From Schizochytrium sp. TIO01 (lineage: Eukaryota; Protista; Bigyra: Labyrinthulomycetes): 64,000 nucleotides of DNA. Shown piece by piece: positions 10,587 to 22,739 of the stretch; within the stretch, counting starts at the first letter, position 1, and each line of letters begins with the position of its first letter. A program made the translations under genes and the position numbers. The stretch spans positions 1,488,001 through 1,552,000 of the forward strand of contig SMSO01000036.1 in the NCBI GenBank assembly GCA_004764695.1, written 5' to 3'. The notes below the pieces were generated by a model, which searched no databases, was not told the DNA's origin, and saw only the letters and a program-made list of their open reading frames with translations.

Positions 10587-12350
10587 AGTAAGTTCAGAAA
10601 GGTTATCGCAAACCCCAGTGGTTCTGCCGACCCAAGGGTCGGAGAAGGCGTGAATAGGCAGATTCTGCGGATACTTTGCTGGAAAGGCGGTTGAAGGATT
10701 TCGAGGCTTGCGAAGCTTCTTCTCGTGGAGGACTGTGCAAGGGCTGTAGGATGTGGTCGAAGTCGTCTGGGAAGCTCTGAGGATGTAGGGCTTCTCAGTT
10801 TTAATCCTGCAAATACGTTAAATTCTGGAATGTTTTTTAACGAATAACATGCAAAATCCGGATGAGATCTGAAAACTGAGGCGAAGTTGATACCGACCAA
10901 GTCCAAGTCCACTCTAATCCAAAAGCGTACAATTGATCTCTTTTTGAATCGACGAACCTTGAAAATACGATTGGAAATTGTTTCGTGCATTACTTCACTG
11001 ATTATTTTCGAACTTATTGATCATGCGTTGTTGAATGTGTTGAGAACCGAATGACTAACGAAACTCTCCATTTTGATGTTGTTTTATATCGCAGTGCCTC
11101 TCGAATCGACAATGGTATGCTTGGACAATTCCGAATGGATGCGTAATGGTGACTTCATGCCGACCCGGATGGAGGCGCAGCACGACGCCTCCAACTTGGT
11201 GTGTGGCAGCAAGACGCAGCAGAACCCTGAGAGCACTGTGGGCATCATGACTATGGCCGGTTCTGGCGTAGAGGTTCTGTGCTCGCCTACCGACGACATG
11301 GGCCGTATCCTTAGTGCTTCTGCAGGAATTCGTGTTGGGGGCAAGTCTAACTTCGCAGGAGGACTCCAGATCGCACAACTTGCGCTCAAACACCGCAGAA
11401 ACAAAAACGGAGGCCAGCGTATCGTCATGTTCGTAGGCAGCCCTGTTGAGGCCGATGAACGTAAGCTTGTCAAGATTGGTAAGCAGCTCAAGAAAGGTAA
11501 CATCGCAGTGGACATCATTTCCATGGGTGAGTCTGAGGAGAATGAGTCCAAGCTTGAAGCCTTCATTGAAGCAGTCAATAAAAATAACAACAGCCACATG
11601 GTTATCATTCCTGTTGGGACCTTGCCTTCAGACGTGCTCATCACCTCGCCAATCATCACTGGCGATGAGGGCAGCAGTGGCGGCGGAGGCGGCGGAGGAG
11701 CTGGAGCTTTTGCGGAGTACGGCGGAGTCGACCCGAACCTGGACCCCGAACTTGCAATTGCATTACGTGTATCTATGGAGGAGGCTCGTGCAGAGGCAGA
11801 ACGCAAGGCTGCCAATGACAGCAATGCGGGAGCTGGAGCTGGAGCGAGCGCTAGTGAAGATTCAAAGAAAGATAAGAAAAGGTCGTCTTCGAGGAGCTCC
11901 TCGAGACGCCGAAGCAGCAGTCGTCACAAGGAGGAGGAAGAGGATGACAATGATGCTGCAATGGCTGCAGCTATGAGCATGGAAGATATGGATGATGATG
12001 ACCTACAGCGCGCACTGATGATGTCTATGGCAGATGATAATGCTGGAAGCTCAGGAGCTAGTAACTCTGGCGGAGGACGGGCTGCTTCATCGTCGGCAGG
12101 TGGCGATGCGGCTAAGTTCTTGGACCCCAGCTTTGTGCAGAGCCTGCTCACTGGCTTGCCTGGTGTGGATGTAAATGACCCTCAGATTCGCGCTGCCATG
12201 GCAGGTGCTGGCGGCAAGGACAGTGATGAACAAGATGGAGAGGATGACGATGATAACGAGAGCACGAGCAGAAGAAGCAGCAAGAAGCGTTCCTCCAAGA
12301 AGCGTTCCTCTTCGCGATCCTCACGCTCCTCTCGTAAGAGCGATAAGTGA
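10587..12350 (+). CDS. RPN10: 26S proteasome ubiquitin receptor RPN10/PSMD4; predicted join(10587,11095..12350)
   Basis: vWA motifs CLDNSEWMRNGDF and ALKHRRNK; UIMs DPELAIALRVSMEE and DDDLQRALMMSM; C-terminal LPGVDVND. Intron 10588-11094 has donor GTAAGT, branch ACTAAC at 11054 and acceptor GCAG. Confidence 0.95.
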
Positions 12351-13574
12351 TTGGTTATGACAGACAAAACGCCATTCGCATCGTTTCACTTCTCATCGGT
12401 TACTTCTTGGTCCACAATTTTACTATTCCGGCAGCTTTATGCTTTTCCTAGCAAGAAAATACGATGCATTTTTCTAATCATTACCGCCGACGTACTCTTA
12501 AAAATAAAAATATTTTCTTGAAAACAAAATCGAATATCGGATAGCCCAAATGCAACATGACCGTCTGATCTGGGATTGAACTGAGAAGGCCCACATCATA
12601 ATCCTAATGGCTAGTCCCTTTCAACTATTCCCTTCAGACATCTTCGCTCGGGAATGTCGTTTCCGATTTTGATTGAGAGAACAGGATAATGTGCTATTGC
12701 TTTCAAAATACGCACATCCTTGCTTGTCACTCGTTGGGCCCAAAGCTGCTTGTTGAGACTTCATTCCTGGCAATCAGACAAACCGTCTTTATTAAAAAAA
12801 ATTAAAAAATTCTTGCGTTGGGCTTCTAACCTCTTGGTTCATGGCTTGGTATTTAGAAGATACTCTACAGTGTCTTGTGTCTGCATGCACAGACACGAAT
12901 ATTTAGTCCTTTTCTTGTTCGCGTGTTCTCTTCGTTGAGTCAAATTTTGACTGCTTAAGCCAATCTCCTCTTCCCGAAGTCATTTGTGAAAAAGACGAAC
13001 CTTGCGACTTCAGGCGATCAAAAGAAAATAGGATCTGACAGAAAACAGGTAAGTTGCACAAATAAAGCACTTAGTTAAGTCGATTTCGTTCCTTTGGGCT
13101 GTCAACAGAGAGCTTCAACCATAGAAAAGACAGCCATACCTTCTTGCAGTATATGAATATTTACTGTAAAGTTCCCTATGTTCCCTTCCATAATTTTTCT
13201 CTTCAACGGACCCTTTTTCGTTTCTTCCTCGCCTTTTCACATGATGACATGGTTGCACTCTCAACTCAGTTTAGCTTCCCTAGTGAGGTTAACGAGTGCG
13301 TCTCTAAACAAGTGGGCATAGGTTGTCTATATATGGCAGCAAGACCCGCCTATGCAACTTAGAGTTGCCCTGTTTTGGGAAAGACTATATTCTTTGTCAG
13401 CTAGGGCAGAACTTCGTGAAGGTCGTATTTACACACATAAAATAGTATAAGTAATTGAAGGCAGTGGCCGCAAGGTTAGCTTATAAGCAAACAAACTTGG
13501 CGAGAGGTTCTCCAAGCTTTGTGCCGTACATAAAGAGTATATCAAACCTTGTCCAAAGCCATATTTACTCATAA

Positions 13575-16500
13575 ATGTCTCCATCAAAATTATCAAATGT
13601 CTCGTCCGAGCCTCTACTACACTCCAAAAAGCCTTTACATCACGAGAACCTTACAGATCTTAAAGCAGAGGATGAAAAGGAAAGAGCTTTCAAAGATGAG
13701 GAAGTATTGAGGCAGCTTCGCTCCAAGGAACGACAAGATCAGAACACTAAATTTTATGAAGCATTACAACGTGGACGCCATCCCCGTTCATTTCCCTTGC
13801 GGACACCATTGTGGCAGCATATTGGAACATCTTCGCGTCGTTTAGTCAAACTACAAGCTGGCTGTTCATTAAGTAGCATCCTTGATGTTGATGAAAAAGA
13901 TGCTCGATCATTGCAGAAAGAATATCGTGCAAATCAGCTTCATGAGCTGCAGCGCCAACAGTCACTGAGTCAGGATATGAGCTCAGCTTCTTTACACCGG
14001 CAGCCTACATTACAACACATATCTGTGCAATCAAGCAGGCCTCATGGAGTGGGTCTAGGACAAAATCGAGGTATGTTGAATCAAGGCATGTGGAATAACG
14101 ACAATAAGAAGGGTCGTGATTCGAATAAACTTATTCGCGCGAAGGATCAAGAAGATTTAGTAAAGAGCAACCCTATTGCCTTAGCGCAGGGCTATGTAGC
14201 GCAATACAAGTCTAGTGAAGTACGCCGAGATCGCATTGCTAGACGCATGTCAGACTTTCGACAAGTAGCTCGCACACGATTAGAGGGCACTTTGAGAAAG
14301 CAAGATAGTGTGCAATCGCTAGCTACTCTTAATCAGTATTCTTCAATGAAGTCTCGCCGTGGGCTTGTTGATATCTCTGAGGATGGAGAAGACGATAATC
14401 GCACTCAGAATGTCAAGCGTGGATTGCAAGAGTATCATCGAAAACGAGCTGCAAGAACAAATCGAAACGGAGGTCGTAATGCTAATGACCCAGTAGGAAC
14501 CTTTCTCAATCTTGCTCGGCGTCAGGGTCATCATTCGCAAAACGATACAGTGCGCCGGTTCTTAGACAAAAAAGATCGCGAAGATGAGCGTAATGCACAA
14601 AAGGGAAATAATATTCTTGATCGCAGTAAGCTTCGTAGCAGCCCAGTAAAAACTGCAGGGGAGGATACAAGTGATTCAAATCGTGGTAATGAAAGTGCGC
14701 AGAGCGGAGGGGTTACTTCAAACGCCCAATCACCAGGTACAAATGCGCCCCCAACAACAGCAGAGTCGAAAAGCAAAGCGGTGATTAGTTTTAGTGATTG
14801 GCTGGCTGAAAATGGAGGCGATTACGATGATGATTCAGAGTCATTTCGTACGATTGAATTTGTACCACCATCTATGCCCACTCGTCTCTTCTATGGCTCT
14901 CAAGTTGCCCTTGAGGCCCATGATGGATCATTCTTGACTGCGTCTGGCCCGAAAGGAGAGCTTAGTTGGATGGCGCATCCCAAGAGCCAGAGCGAAGACC
15001 ATGTGGATACTACGAAGTCAGGAGCAAATGGGAATACAAATCATGGAGGGAATGTAGGGGAAAACGAAGATGATGACGATGATGATGACGCAAATAGTGA
15101 AGCAAGCGATACGGGCCAGCGTCGGCCCCTTACAGCTCCTTCAGATAGTGGAGACGGGAAAATCTCTGGATTCAATGGAGCAAGTCATGATCAAAACAAT
15201 GCGAAGAGCACCAAGCCTCAGATTGTTTTCACAAAGGCAAAGTATACCATGCTTTTTACCCTTGTAAATTTGCATGATCCAGAGTATGTCGGACCCGTTA
15301 ATGCTGGAGACGATGTTTGGCTTTGTATCCATCCAGGTATTGGGCAATTCTCTTGGAAAGATGGGTCTATCATTGGAACGCGTGTCTCAGGAGGTGCTAC
15401 AATTGACACTGTCTCAGTAGATCGTACTCAAGTCCGCAATGCTTCAAATGGCAAACACGATAAGGGAGTTCCAGGGAATATGGAACTTTTACGGTCTGGA
15501 ACCACATCCTCGGAAAATGATGCTGATGAGCAACAAATAGGCCATGTTTTGCCAATTCTTACTTGTATTCCGAAGTTACCGGGGCAGGCCGTAAGCGCGG
15601 AAAAATCCCTTGACGAGTTGTTTCGAGATGCAAGCAACTTTGACCGTGTGCAACGTATGAATAAATCAGCAACACACTTAGGGCAGTGGCGATTTGGTGT
15701 CGCTTCTAATCAGCAACTTGAAAGAATCCGTGCACAGCGCAAACATCATTCTTCTTTAGAAGTAAGCTCTATGGAGCAAGTTTCTGGTCGAAAATCCGAA
15801 AAGGTGCATATTGAGAGCGATATGCACATTTATCTTGAGCAGGATCTTGCATTTTCTTAGTGCGAATGATATTGAAGGCGTCCATATTCCTCTGCATGAT
15901 AAGGGAGAACATAAGGAAAGCTCAGATCCGGTAAAGACAATGGCTGCAACTTTGCAAAGGCTACCGAAGCAACCACTTACTGGGCCGTTCTGTGTTGCTC
16001 GTTCTGGCGTCTTTAAGGTTAAAGTTGTACAAACCAAACTTGATCTTGAACAAAGTCGTGCTGCTACCGGCTATGCAAAGGGAGAACATTTACTGATGAA
16101 GGCACGTGTACAACTTAAGCGCTCCGAGCTAAGCCGTCACGGACAGCATCGCTATATGCCCGGGTTAGCATCTGGCAAGAAATTTAGTCGACAACTTCGT
16201 AAAATACGACAACGATCTCAGCATGATTGCGACGAAGCATTTCTTACAGCTGTGGAGGAAATTGAGCCCAAGCAAAAGCAGCACGAGTATTTTTATGGCA
16301 TGTATCAGCGAAGTCCAGAGCCATCTCCCGTAGATTTAAGTGTTCTGATGGCAACGGAATCATTTCGGTCGCCATCAGAAGTCTCTCACCGTGTTGTGAT
16401 CAATGCAGGAACTCTCAGTGATATTAAAGCAGTCGACCATCCTCATCACACTCACAATCACTCCCATCGCAGCACTCACCACAGCCATAGTAATAGCCAT

Positions 16501-17115
16501 CACCACAGACATCAGTCCCATGCAAATAGCAATCAACATCATCATCATCATCATCACCACCACCACCATCAGCGCCCTTCTTCACGAGGCCATTCTGAAG
16601 CTGATGATGACTTTGATGAGGAAAATTCATCAGAAGATGAAGACGACTGGGATGAAGAAGAAGAGGAAGATGGCCAGTCGTGCGAGACAGAATCAAAACC
16701 ACAAACGCGAAAGAGAGCAACAACGTTGAGAGGTCTACAGCGTCGTAAATCATCAGCCAGAGACTTACTAGATGAAGTACGAGATCCTGCGTTGCGAGAC
16801 TTTATCTTGGCACGGCAGAGCGAACCTTATAAACAACGCCTCGAAGAGTATGGAGGTGTAGTTCCATGGTTTGACACTGTGCAAAACCTAAAACTTCAGG
16901 ATGTCAAGCTCAACCAGGATCTAAAACGCGGCCAGCTTCGCGCGCAGCGTGGTCTTGGGCTCTTGAATCGGGGTTTTGGAAATCTAGATCGAAAACGTCA
17001 GCGTGAATTTGCTCGCTGGATGAATACACCAATGTATCGCCGCCTTTTGGAGGAGGATCAGCGGATTAAGCAATTTGTTGAGAATCAAAATAAAGAACTG
17101 ACGAATGATGAGTAA
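13575..17115 (+). CDS. Large uncharacterised protein (~1180 aa if joined) split by a +1 frame change at ~15852-15860; poly-His and acidic tracts
   Basis: Two long overlapping ORFs (13575-15860 and 15811-17115), the second lacking an ATG near the junction. Removing one T reads YLEQDLAFLSANDIEG. LFYGSQVALEAHDGSFL and FTLVNLHDP...GDDVWL look beta-trefoil/MIR-like (weak). Confidence 0.6.
16536..16570 (+). repeat. (CAT/CAC)n trinucleotide tract encoding poly-His
   Basis: catcatcatcatcatcatcaccaccaccaccat within the CDS. Confidence 0.85.
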
Positions 17116-17340
17116 AAAATATTGTAGCACTAGTGTTGGTGATGCACACATGCGCAAATAAGACATTATATTGTCGTTAAAACAAAATGAGACTCTAAAC
17201 AAATGAAAAGGGAAAAGAAGGGAATTGAGATTTTAGATATATGAAAGGAAGTTAGTTATAAACATTTCCAGCAAAATCATCTAATGCCAAGATTTTGAAA
17301 ATAAACGAATATTGCGAGACCCAAAGTTAGTAAATCCAAG

Positions 17341-17967
17341 TTAACCTGAGTTAAGTGAAGCCTTGAAGTTCGCATAAGCGGTATCAAGATCCAAAAGTAG
17401 CTGCCGAACCTGGTCGTCATCGAGCTCTTGAGATGCTCGCATGCCATTCAAGTCAATAAGCCATTGTTGAAGTTTTGCTTTATCAAAGCCTCTTGTGATA
17501 GTATCACATCGGTTAAGAACCTTGACAAGATCGCTAATGGCTGGCTGCACTTCATCAACGGCACGTTGATCAAGCTTCAGAACATCCATGGCGGTAATAA
17601 ACCATTGTGTGGCCTCCATTACCAGGCTTGCCTCTTTACTCTTATCTTTATCTGAATGCGCATAGATCACGGTTGCTGGGACACCTGCTCGCAGGAGTCG
17701 CTCTTGTGCAAGAGGAACGTCCATTTTGTATTTCCGAATAAACTCTGCAGTTCCGGGAAATTGAGGATCTGATGCGATCGCCGCTTCTGTAGTCTTAAAC
17801 TGTGCAATGAGGCGTTGACATGCATCTGTGTATTCCTCAGACGACACTGCATCGCGTACGTATGCTTGTTCTAGGTGCTGAGTTGCTTTGATGATGGCAT
17901 AGAGATCTGCAAAGTCCTCGTATCTCCGCCTTTCCTTGGCATCTTCTGCCAGACGAACCTCAGACAT
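17341..17967 (-). CDS. VPS28: ESCRT-I subunit VPS28
   Basis: ERRRYEDFADLYAIIKATQHLEQAYVRD, YTDACQRLIAQFK, FITAMDVLKL, LNGMRASQEL, RQLLLDLDTAY. Probable 5'UTR intron 17969-18220 (GTAAGT...TAG). Confidence 0.95.
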   Translation of the reverse strand: MSEVRLAEDAKERRRYEDFADLYAIIKATQHLEQAYVRDAVSSEEYTDACQRLIAQFKTTEAAIASDPQFPGTAEFIRKYKMDVPLAQERLLRAGVPATVIYAHSDKDKSKEASLVMEATQWFITAMDVLKLDQRAVDEVQPAISDLVKVLNRCDTITRGFDKAKLQQWLIDLNGMRASQELDDDQVRQLLLDLDTAYANFKASLNSG

Positions 17968-19433
17968 TCTACAAAATCAACAGTACAAGCGAGTGTTTTG
18001 ATTAGTCAATTGTCAACAAGTGTATGCTTCTCTGGGCACTAAATAATTCATGTGTGAACTATAGAGCATAAGATAGTTCTTGCAACGAGAACATTGTTTT
18101 GGGGGTTGGCGAGTTTGGGCGAAGGAGACAGCCTGATCTAAAGGTTACTACTTTCTGCTGTTCAAAATCCCCATGACATGAAGGTCTTGCAAGAACAGCC
18201 CACGTCGAATGAAAACTTACTATCTCTGTCTCTCCAGCGCCTATGGCCGCTGCGTGAAACCCACTTGCGGCCAAAAGCCCTCTGGTGCTTCTTCAATTGA
18301 TTGTGCTTTGGATGAACTTCTTCATTGAGCCTTGAGCGGAGAAAATACTTGATGTCGGATGTTTAAAAGTTTATCCGATACTCTAAGAAAAAGTTGATAG
18401 TACCTGACATGTTACCAGCTCTTGCCCAAATTATGAACAAGGACATCATTTCAGTCAAGAACACCGATAGATGATCATCAGTATTCTGATCAGACCTCTG
18501 GTTCCTGGTTTTCTTCAGTCATCAACAATAATTAGAGAGGCAAAACGAGCAAGTAGCTGATTGATATCTCGTCGTCAGAGAGTTTCGTTTGAAGCAATTT
18601 CTCTTTTACCTTATAAGCCTCCCAAATAAGGCAAGGTTGAAGTCCATACAAACAATGCACTGTTGACATCATGTGATTTGTTACTCATCCTTTCAGTAAT
18701 GCCAAATTTAGTGATCAAACATTGCGCTAACTTTGCTGTCGATAACTTGGTTTTCAGCGGAGGCGATTTGATTTTTGGGTGTCTACATAGTACGTACCTA
18801 AAACAGGTTACAGAATCATTAAGGATTTCGGCAGATTCGCCACGGGGCATTCCACTAAATTTGTCCACAACTCGAAAACGGCAAACGTTGTTCTTGAGAA
18901 ATGATGAGGGCAAAGCGACTGGTGAAAACCTGGTAATTAACTCATGATAATGCTGACTGAATAGATCATCTCAACCAAAGTTGTGCCAAGATGATTAAAT
19001 GGACACCAGAAAAGTGTTGGTATTGGATACTACCTATTATCATATGTATTTAGGTGTTGAGTATCTATATACCTATATAGTTTCTATATACCTATATAGT
19101 TAGAGGATCCTATATAATGAAAGTGTAATCTATTCTCTTTTTAATGCTTATTTCCAGTTTCCAGCTTGAAAAAAAATGTATTTTAATTTTTTATGCAGAA
19201 GAAAGTGATGACTTAGAGACTCAGGTGCGTGAATTCACTTTCTTCTGCTGCTGTGCTGCAGTCCAGGATATCCCAGACCAGCTGCCACGTAGAGGTCCAG
19301 GCCTGTAGATCAACCTTCTTGCAGACGTAAACCTACGAAGAGTTTAGCTTTCACTCAGGTCGTTGACTGTGACAGCAGTTCTTTGTGATCAATAGCTTGT
19401 GTCTGTTGCTTGATCAAGTTAAGAACGAGCACG

Positions 19434-20450
19434 ATGGGTCAGGGCGCAACAACGCGTGAAGAACCCTCGTACTTCGCGGCTTCGTGTGCGAAGAAGGAGA
19501 CTTTTGTGAACTTGCAGGGCCTGCAAATTGCGACTTACGAATGGGCTCACAAGACAGAAGGTGCTCCCAAGGGTATTGTCATTGGTATTCATGGTGTTTC
19601 TTGCCACCTGCACTATGAATACCTCAACATTGGATCTTTCGCGGGCGACGAGGGATCTGAAGGCTATGCTGGTGCAGAGCTGCATGAGCCAAGATATGAC
19701 GGCAGCTGGATCGAGCAACTTAACAAACAAGGATACATTTTTACGGGCATGGATCTTCAGTCATATGGCATGAGTGAGGGCTCGCGAGGCTTAGAGCATT
19801 TTTTTGAGAAATTTGAAGATCTTCCCCGTGATCATATCCAGTTCCGCAAGAACTTGACGGCAAAATACCCCGACATTCCCATTTATGTGATGGGCATCTC
19901 CCTTGGAGGTTGTATCGCCGCTCGCTTGGCTGAGCTGGACTGTGATCATCCATATGGTGGTACTATCCTCTTGGCCCCGATGCTTTCTCTTGAACAGCTT
20001 AAACAAAAGCCTATCAATAAAATTCTCTTACCTTTGGCTGGCGTTATTTCCTGGCTCACACCCACGGCCCGGCTTGCGGAAAAGAGCATGCATCCTGAAG
20101 AGCTTATGTTTAAGCACTTCGAAAATGACGAGCTCAATGAGAAAGCATTGAAGGTCCGCTCCCGTGTCGCTGCAGAGTGCCTCGTTGGCGTGGAAACTAC
20201 TCGCCGGAATTTGCACAAGATTAACTGCCCTTTACTTGCAATTCACTCTCGTCATGACACTATGACGGATCCGGCAGGGTCGGAGCTTGCTGTAGATTTG
20301 GCCAGCAACCAAATGAAGAAACTAGTACTACTGGATGAACCATACTTGTGGCATGAACTTGATCATGAACCAGGTAATGAAAAGGTCATTCGCATCGTGA
20401 TTGACTGGCTTGAAGAAGCAGCAGGTGCCAACGCTGTCGCCAAGAGCTAA
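19434..20450 (+). CDS. Alpha/beta hydrolase, monoacylglycerol lipase / lysophospholipase family
   Basis: IHG oxyanion motif, DLQSYGMSEG, nucleophile GISLGG, HSRHDTMTD (Asp), WHELDHEP (His). Starts MGQG (possible N-myristoylation). Confidence 0.88.
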   Translation: MGQGATTREEPSYFAASCAKKETFVNLQGLQIATYEWAHKTEGAPKGIVIGIHGVSCHLHYEYLNIGSFAGDEGSEGYAGAELHEPRYDGSWIEQLNKQGYIFTGMDLQSYGMSEGSRGLEHFFEKFEDLPRDHIQFRKNLTAKYPDIPIYVMGISLGGCIAARLAELDCDHPYGGTILLAPMLSLEQLKQKPINKILLPLAGVISWLTPTARLAEKSMHPEELMFKHFENDELNEKALKVRSRVAAECLVGVETTRRNLHKINCPLLAIHSRHDTMTDPAGSELAVDLASNQMKKLVLLDEPYLWHELDHEPGNEKVIRIVIDWLEEAAGANAVAKS

Positions 20451-21493
20451 AATACAACACTTTGGTATTTTAGACATGGTCAAGAGCAGGTATTCAACTT
20501 TAGCGTGTGCATAGTTTACGTATTTTCTCTTCTATAGTTAATTTCACAGTTTTCAGTGAACATGAACCTGGTAAATTGGCCTTGCTTCCCGAATTCTTGT
20601 TTTTCTTTCAGACCTTTCCATTCAAATTGCTACTCAAAACCAGGCAGATTGCTAGTCGGCAGCTAGCGTCGTGAGCGGAGAAGTTCTTTCATAAGTGCCT
20701 TCCACTGGGCCTGGCTTGATTGTTTCCTCCATCCCAAACGCATCACTGGCATATAGTACCACTTTCAACTCAGGCATCATAAAGTTCCTATATCGATGCG
20801 TGTTTTACCTCACAGTCGTATCACCAGTTATCTAAACCTTGCTGTTAGTTTTAGTCCTAGCTTCGGCTAGTTTGACTTGCTTTTATAAGCCCTCAAGCGA
20901 ACTGGCTGCCAGACCGGTTAGCATCCTCATCACTGTTCTTACCTTGATGTAGCCTCCATCAAAGTTCTTTATCGCTAGTGCCGAGCAAATACATCGCACT
21001 ACTATGCATAGGTTGTTCGTTCCAATGGGCCAATAATTTGCATATTTGACGGCAGGAGAACCTCAATTTTGCCATCTGCTATTGCTTTCTCCGCGAGCCG
21101 GCGATGCACAAATTGGAACACCCTTATCATAAGTCCTACTCCTTTTCCCTGCACGATGTCATCTGCTTATAGTTAAGGTGTTTCAACTCCAGTTCTCTCC
21201 TATGGAACTGAAATTGACCTCGCGGCGAGAATCAGAAACCCCCAAATCCACTTTATCGCTGCTGTAGTGAAGACTTTCGTACACAGGAGCACTTTGATTC
21301 GTCCGCAGATCTCCAGAGCTCTATATCATCGAACTGACTGGTTGACTGAAGAAGCCCAAGCGAAATAGCAATGGAAGAAACATCGTGCCCTGGCCTTGTG
21401 AACTAGTATTCTTTTTATTTATCAAGTTATTATTACCACTATATAGTCATGTCCCCATTATCCTTATTCTCAGTTCAATTATTTATTATTTTT

Positions 21494-21545
21494 TTTAACT
21501 TTAACTTTAACTTTAAATTTAACTTTAAATTATCTTTAAATTTAT
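21494..21545. repeat. (TTTAAC/TTTAAA)n AT-rich tandem repeat
   Basis: tttaactttaactttaactttaaatttaactttaaa. Confidence 0.7.
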
Positions 21546-22690
21546 TTTTATTTTTTTATTACCAAGAATTTTTAATTAAAAAAAGAAGAAAAAGGAAACA
21601 CACCTTGTAACCTTCTCATATATTGTACTCGAAGGAGATCAATCGGGGCGCAGAAAGACTTGTTGAAAAGGCAAAGCAAAACGGACTCGAAGGCTCAATA
21701 GACGTGCGTGGATGCTTTAGAGAGACACAGATGGTATGTGCTATGACGGCAACTGTGGTTATGCAGACTTGTGCTCAGAGCACGTGGTGAATAAATGACA
21801 ATTACTATCTACACCACTAATTACCTTAACCTACATACTGCCTATCCATCATTCGGTAGTAAGGTGAAAAAGAAGATGTTGAAAGCTTTACATACAACGC
21901 ACAACAACGCTTCATGAAGATACGAAGTTAGAAAACTCGGGGCTGACCAATGCACGATCGAATCAAATCATGCAATCCCAACCCATAAAAGCTCAAGGGC
22001 ACTTGGGTTTTCTTCAAAGTCAATCTCTCAGCAGCCTCTCATCTGCCAGAAAGTGAACGGGCTTGGAATTAGCACTAGGTGCCTACATCACCAAACTGCA
22101 TACAAGACCCACAGAGGACAACGATTAAAACCCTCTCGAGCTTGTGATGAAAGTGCCTCTTAGTCACAAACTCAACTGTTTATTCACATTTCACGATCCG
22201 CAAGCGATGATGGCAAGTGCGTGCGCCTGAACAGGCAGGACGCAGAGGCGGCGAGATTCTGGATTGGACGACACTGTTTGCGTGGCCTTATGGGCAGAGC
22301 ACTTAGCTCGGCATCTTTTCCCCGAAGACGAATGTCTCACTCAGACTGAGTCCCTCGCTCGCGGAGGGTGCCAAGGTGCGAGATCGTCACTCGTTGCCCT
22401 CTTTGACGGCTTCATTGCACATCAAACTCATTCGAAAGCGTCGACTCACTGACCATTTGTTGATCGATTGACAGCAAGATCGATGCAAGGCAAAGACAAG
22501 ACCAATTTGAAGTGCAGCACGATGGAAAGAAAGCACTGCAATGCAATGCAGTTCAACTTGAAGCTGGTTTGCATTGCATTTCATGAAAAGAAGCTTGCAC
22601 CACAATGCTATCTATATCTCACGGAAAGAGTCACAATGCACATCTCGTCTTGGACTGCTAGATTGACCAACTGCTTCGCGCCCTTTTGGT

Positions 22691-22707
22691 GATGATTAGA
22701 TGATTGG

Positions 22708-22738
<31 letters not shown>
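22691..22738. repeat. (GATT)n microsatellite
   Basis: gatgattgattgattgattgattgattgattgg. Confidence 0.85.

Positions 22739-22739
<1 letters not shown>

Noticed and set aside
11084-11824. 246-aa and 180-aa minus-strand ORFs over RPN10
   Set aside because: Antisense to a well-conserved gene; low-complexity translation.
22540-22580. Inverted repeat AATGCAATGCA...TGCATTGCATT as a possible ncRNA or MITE
   Set aside because: An 11-bp stem built from a simple TGCAT/TGCAA repeat; no other RNA-gene or TIR/TSD evidence.
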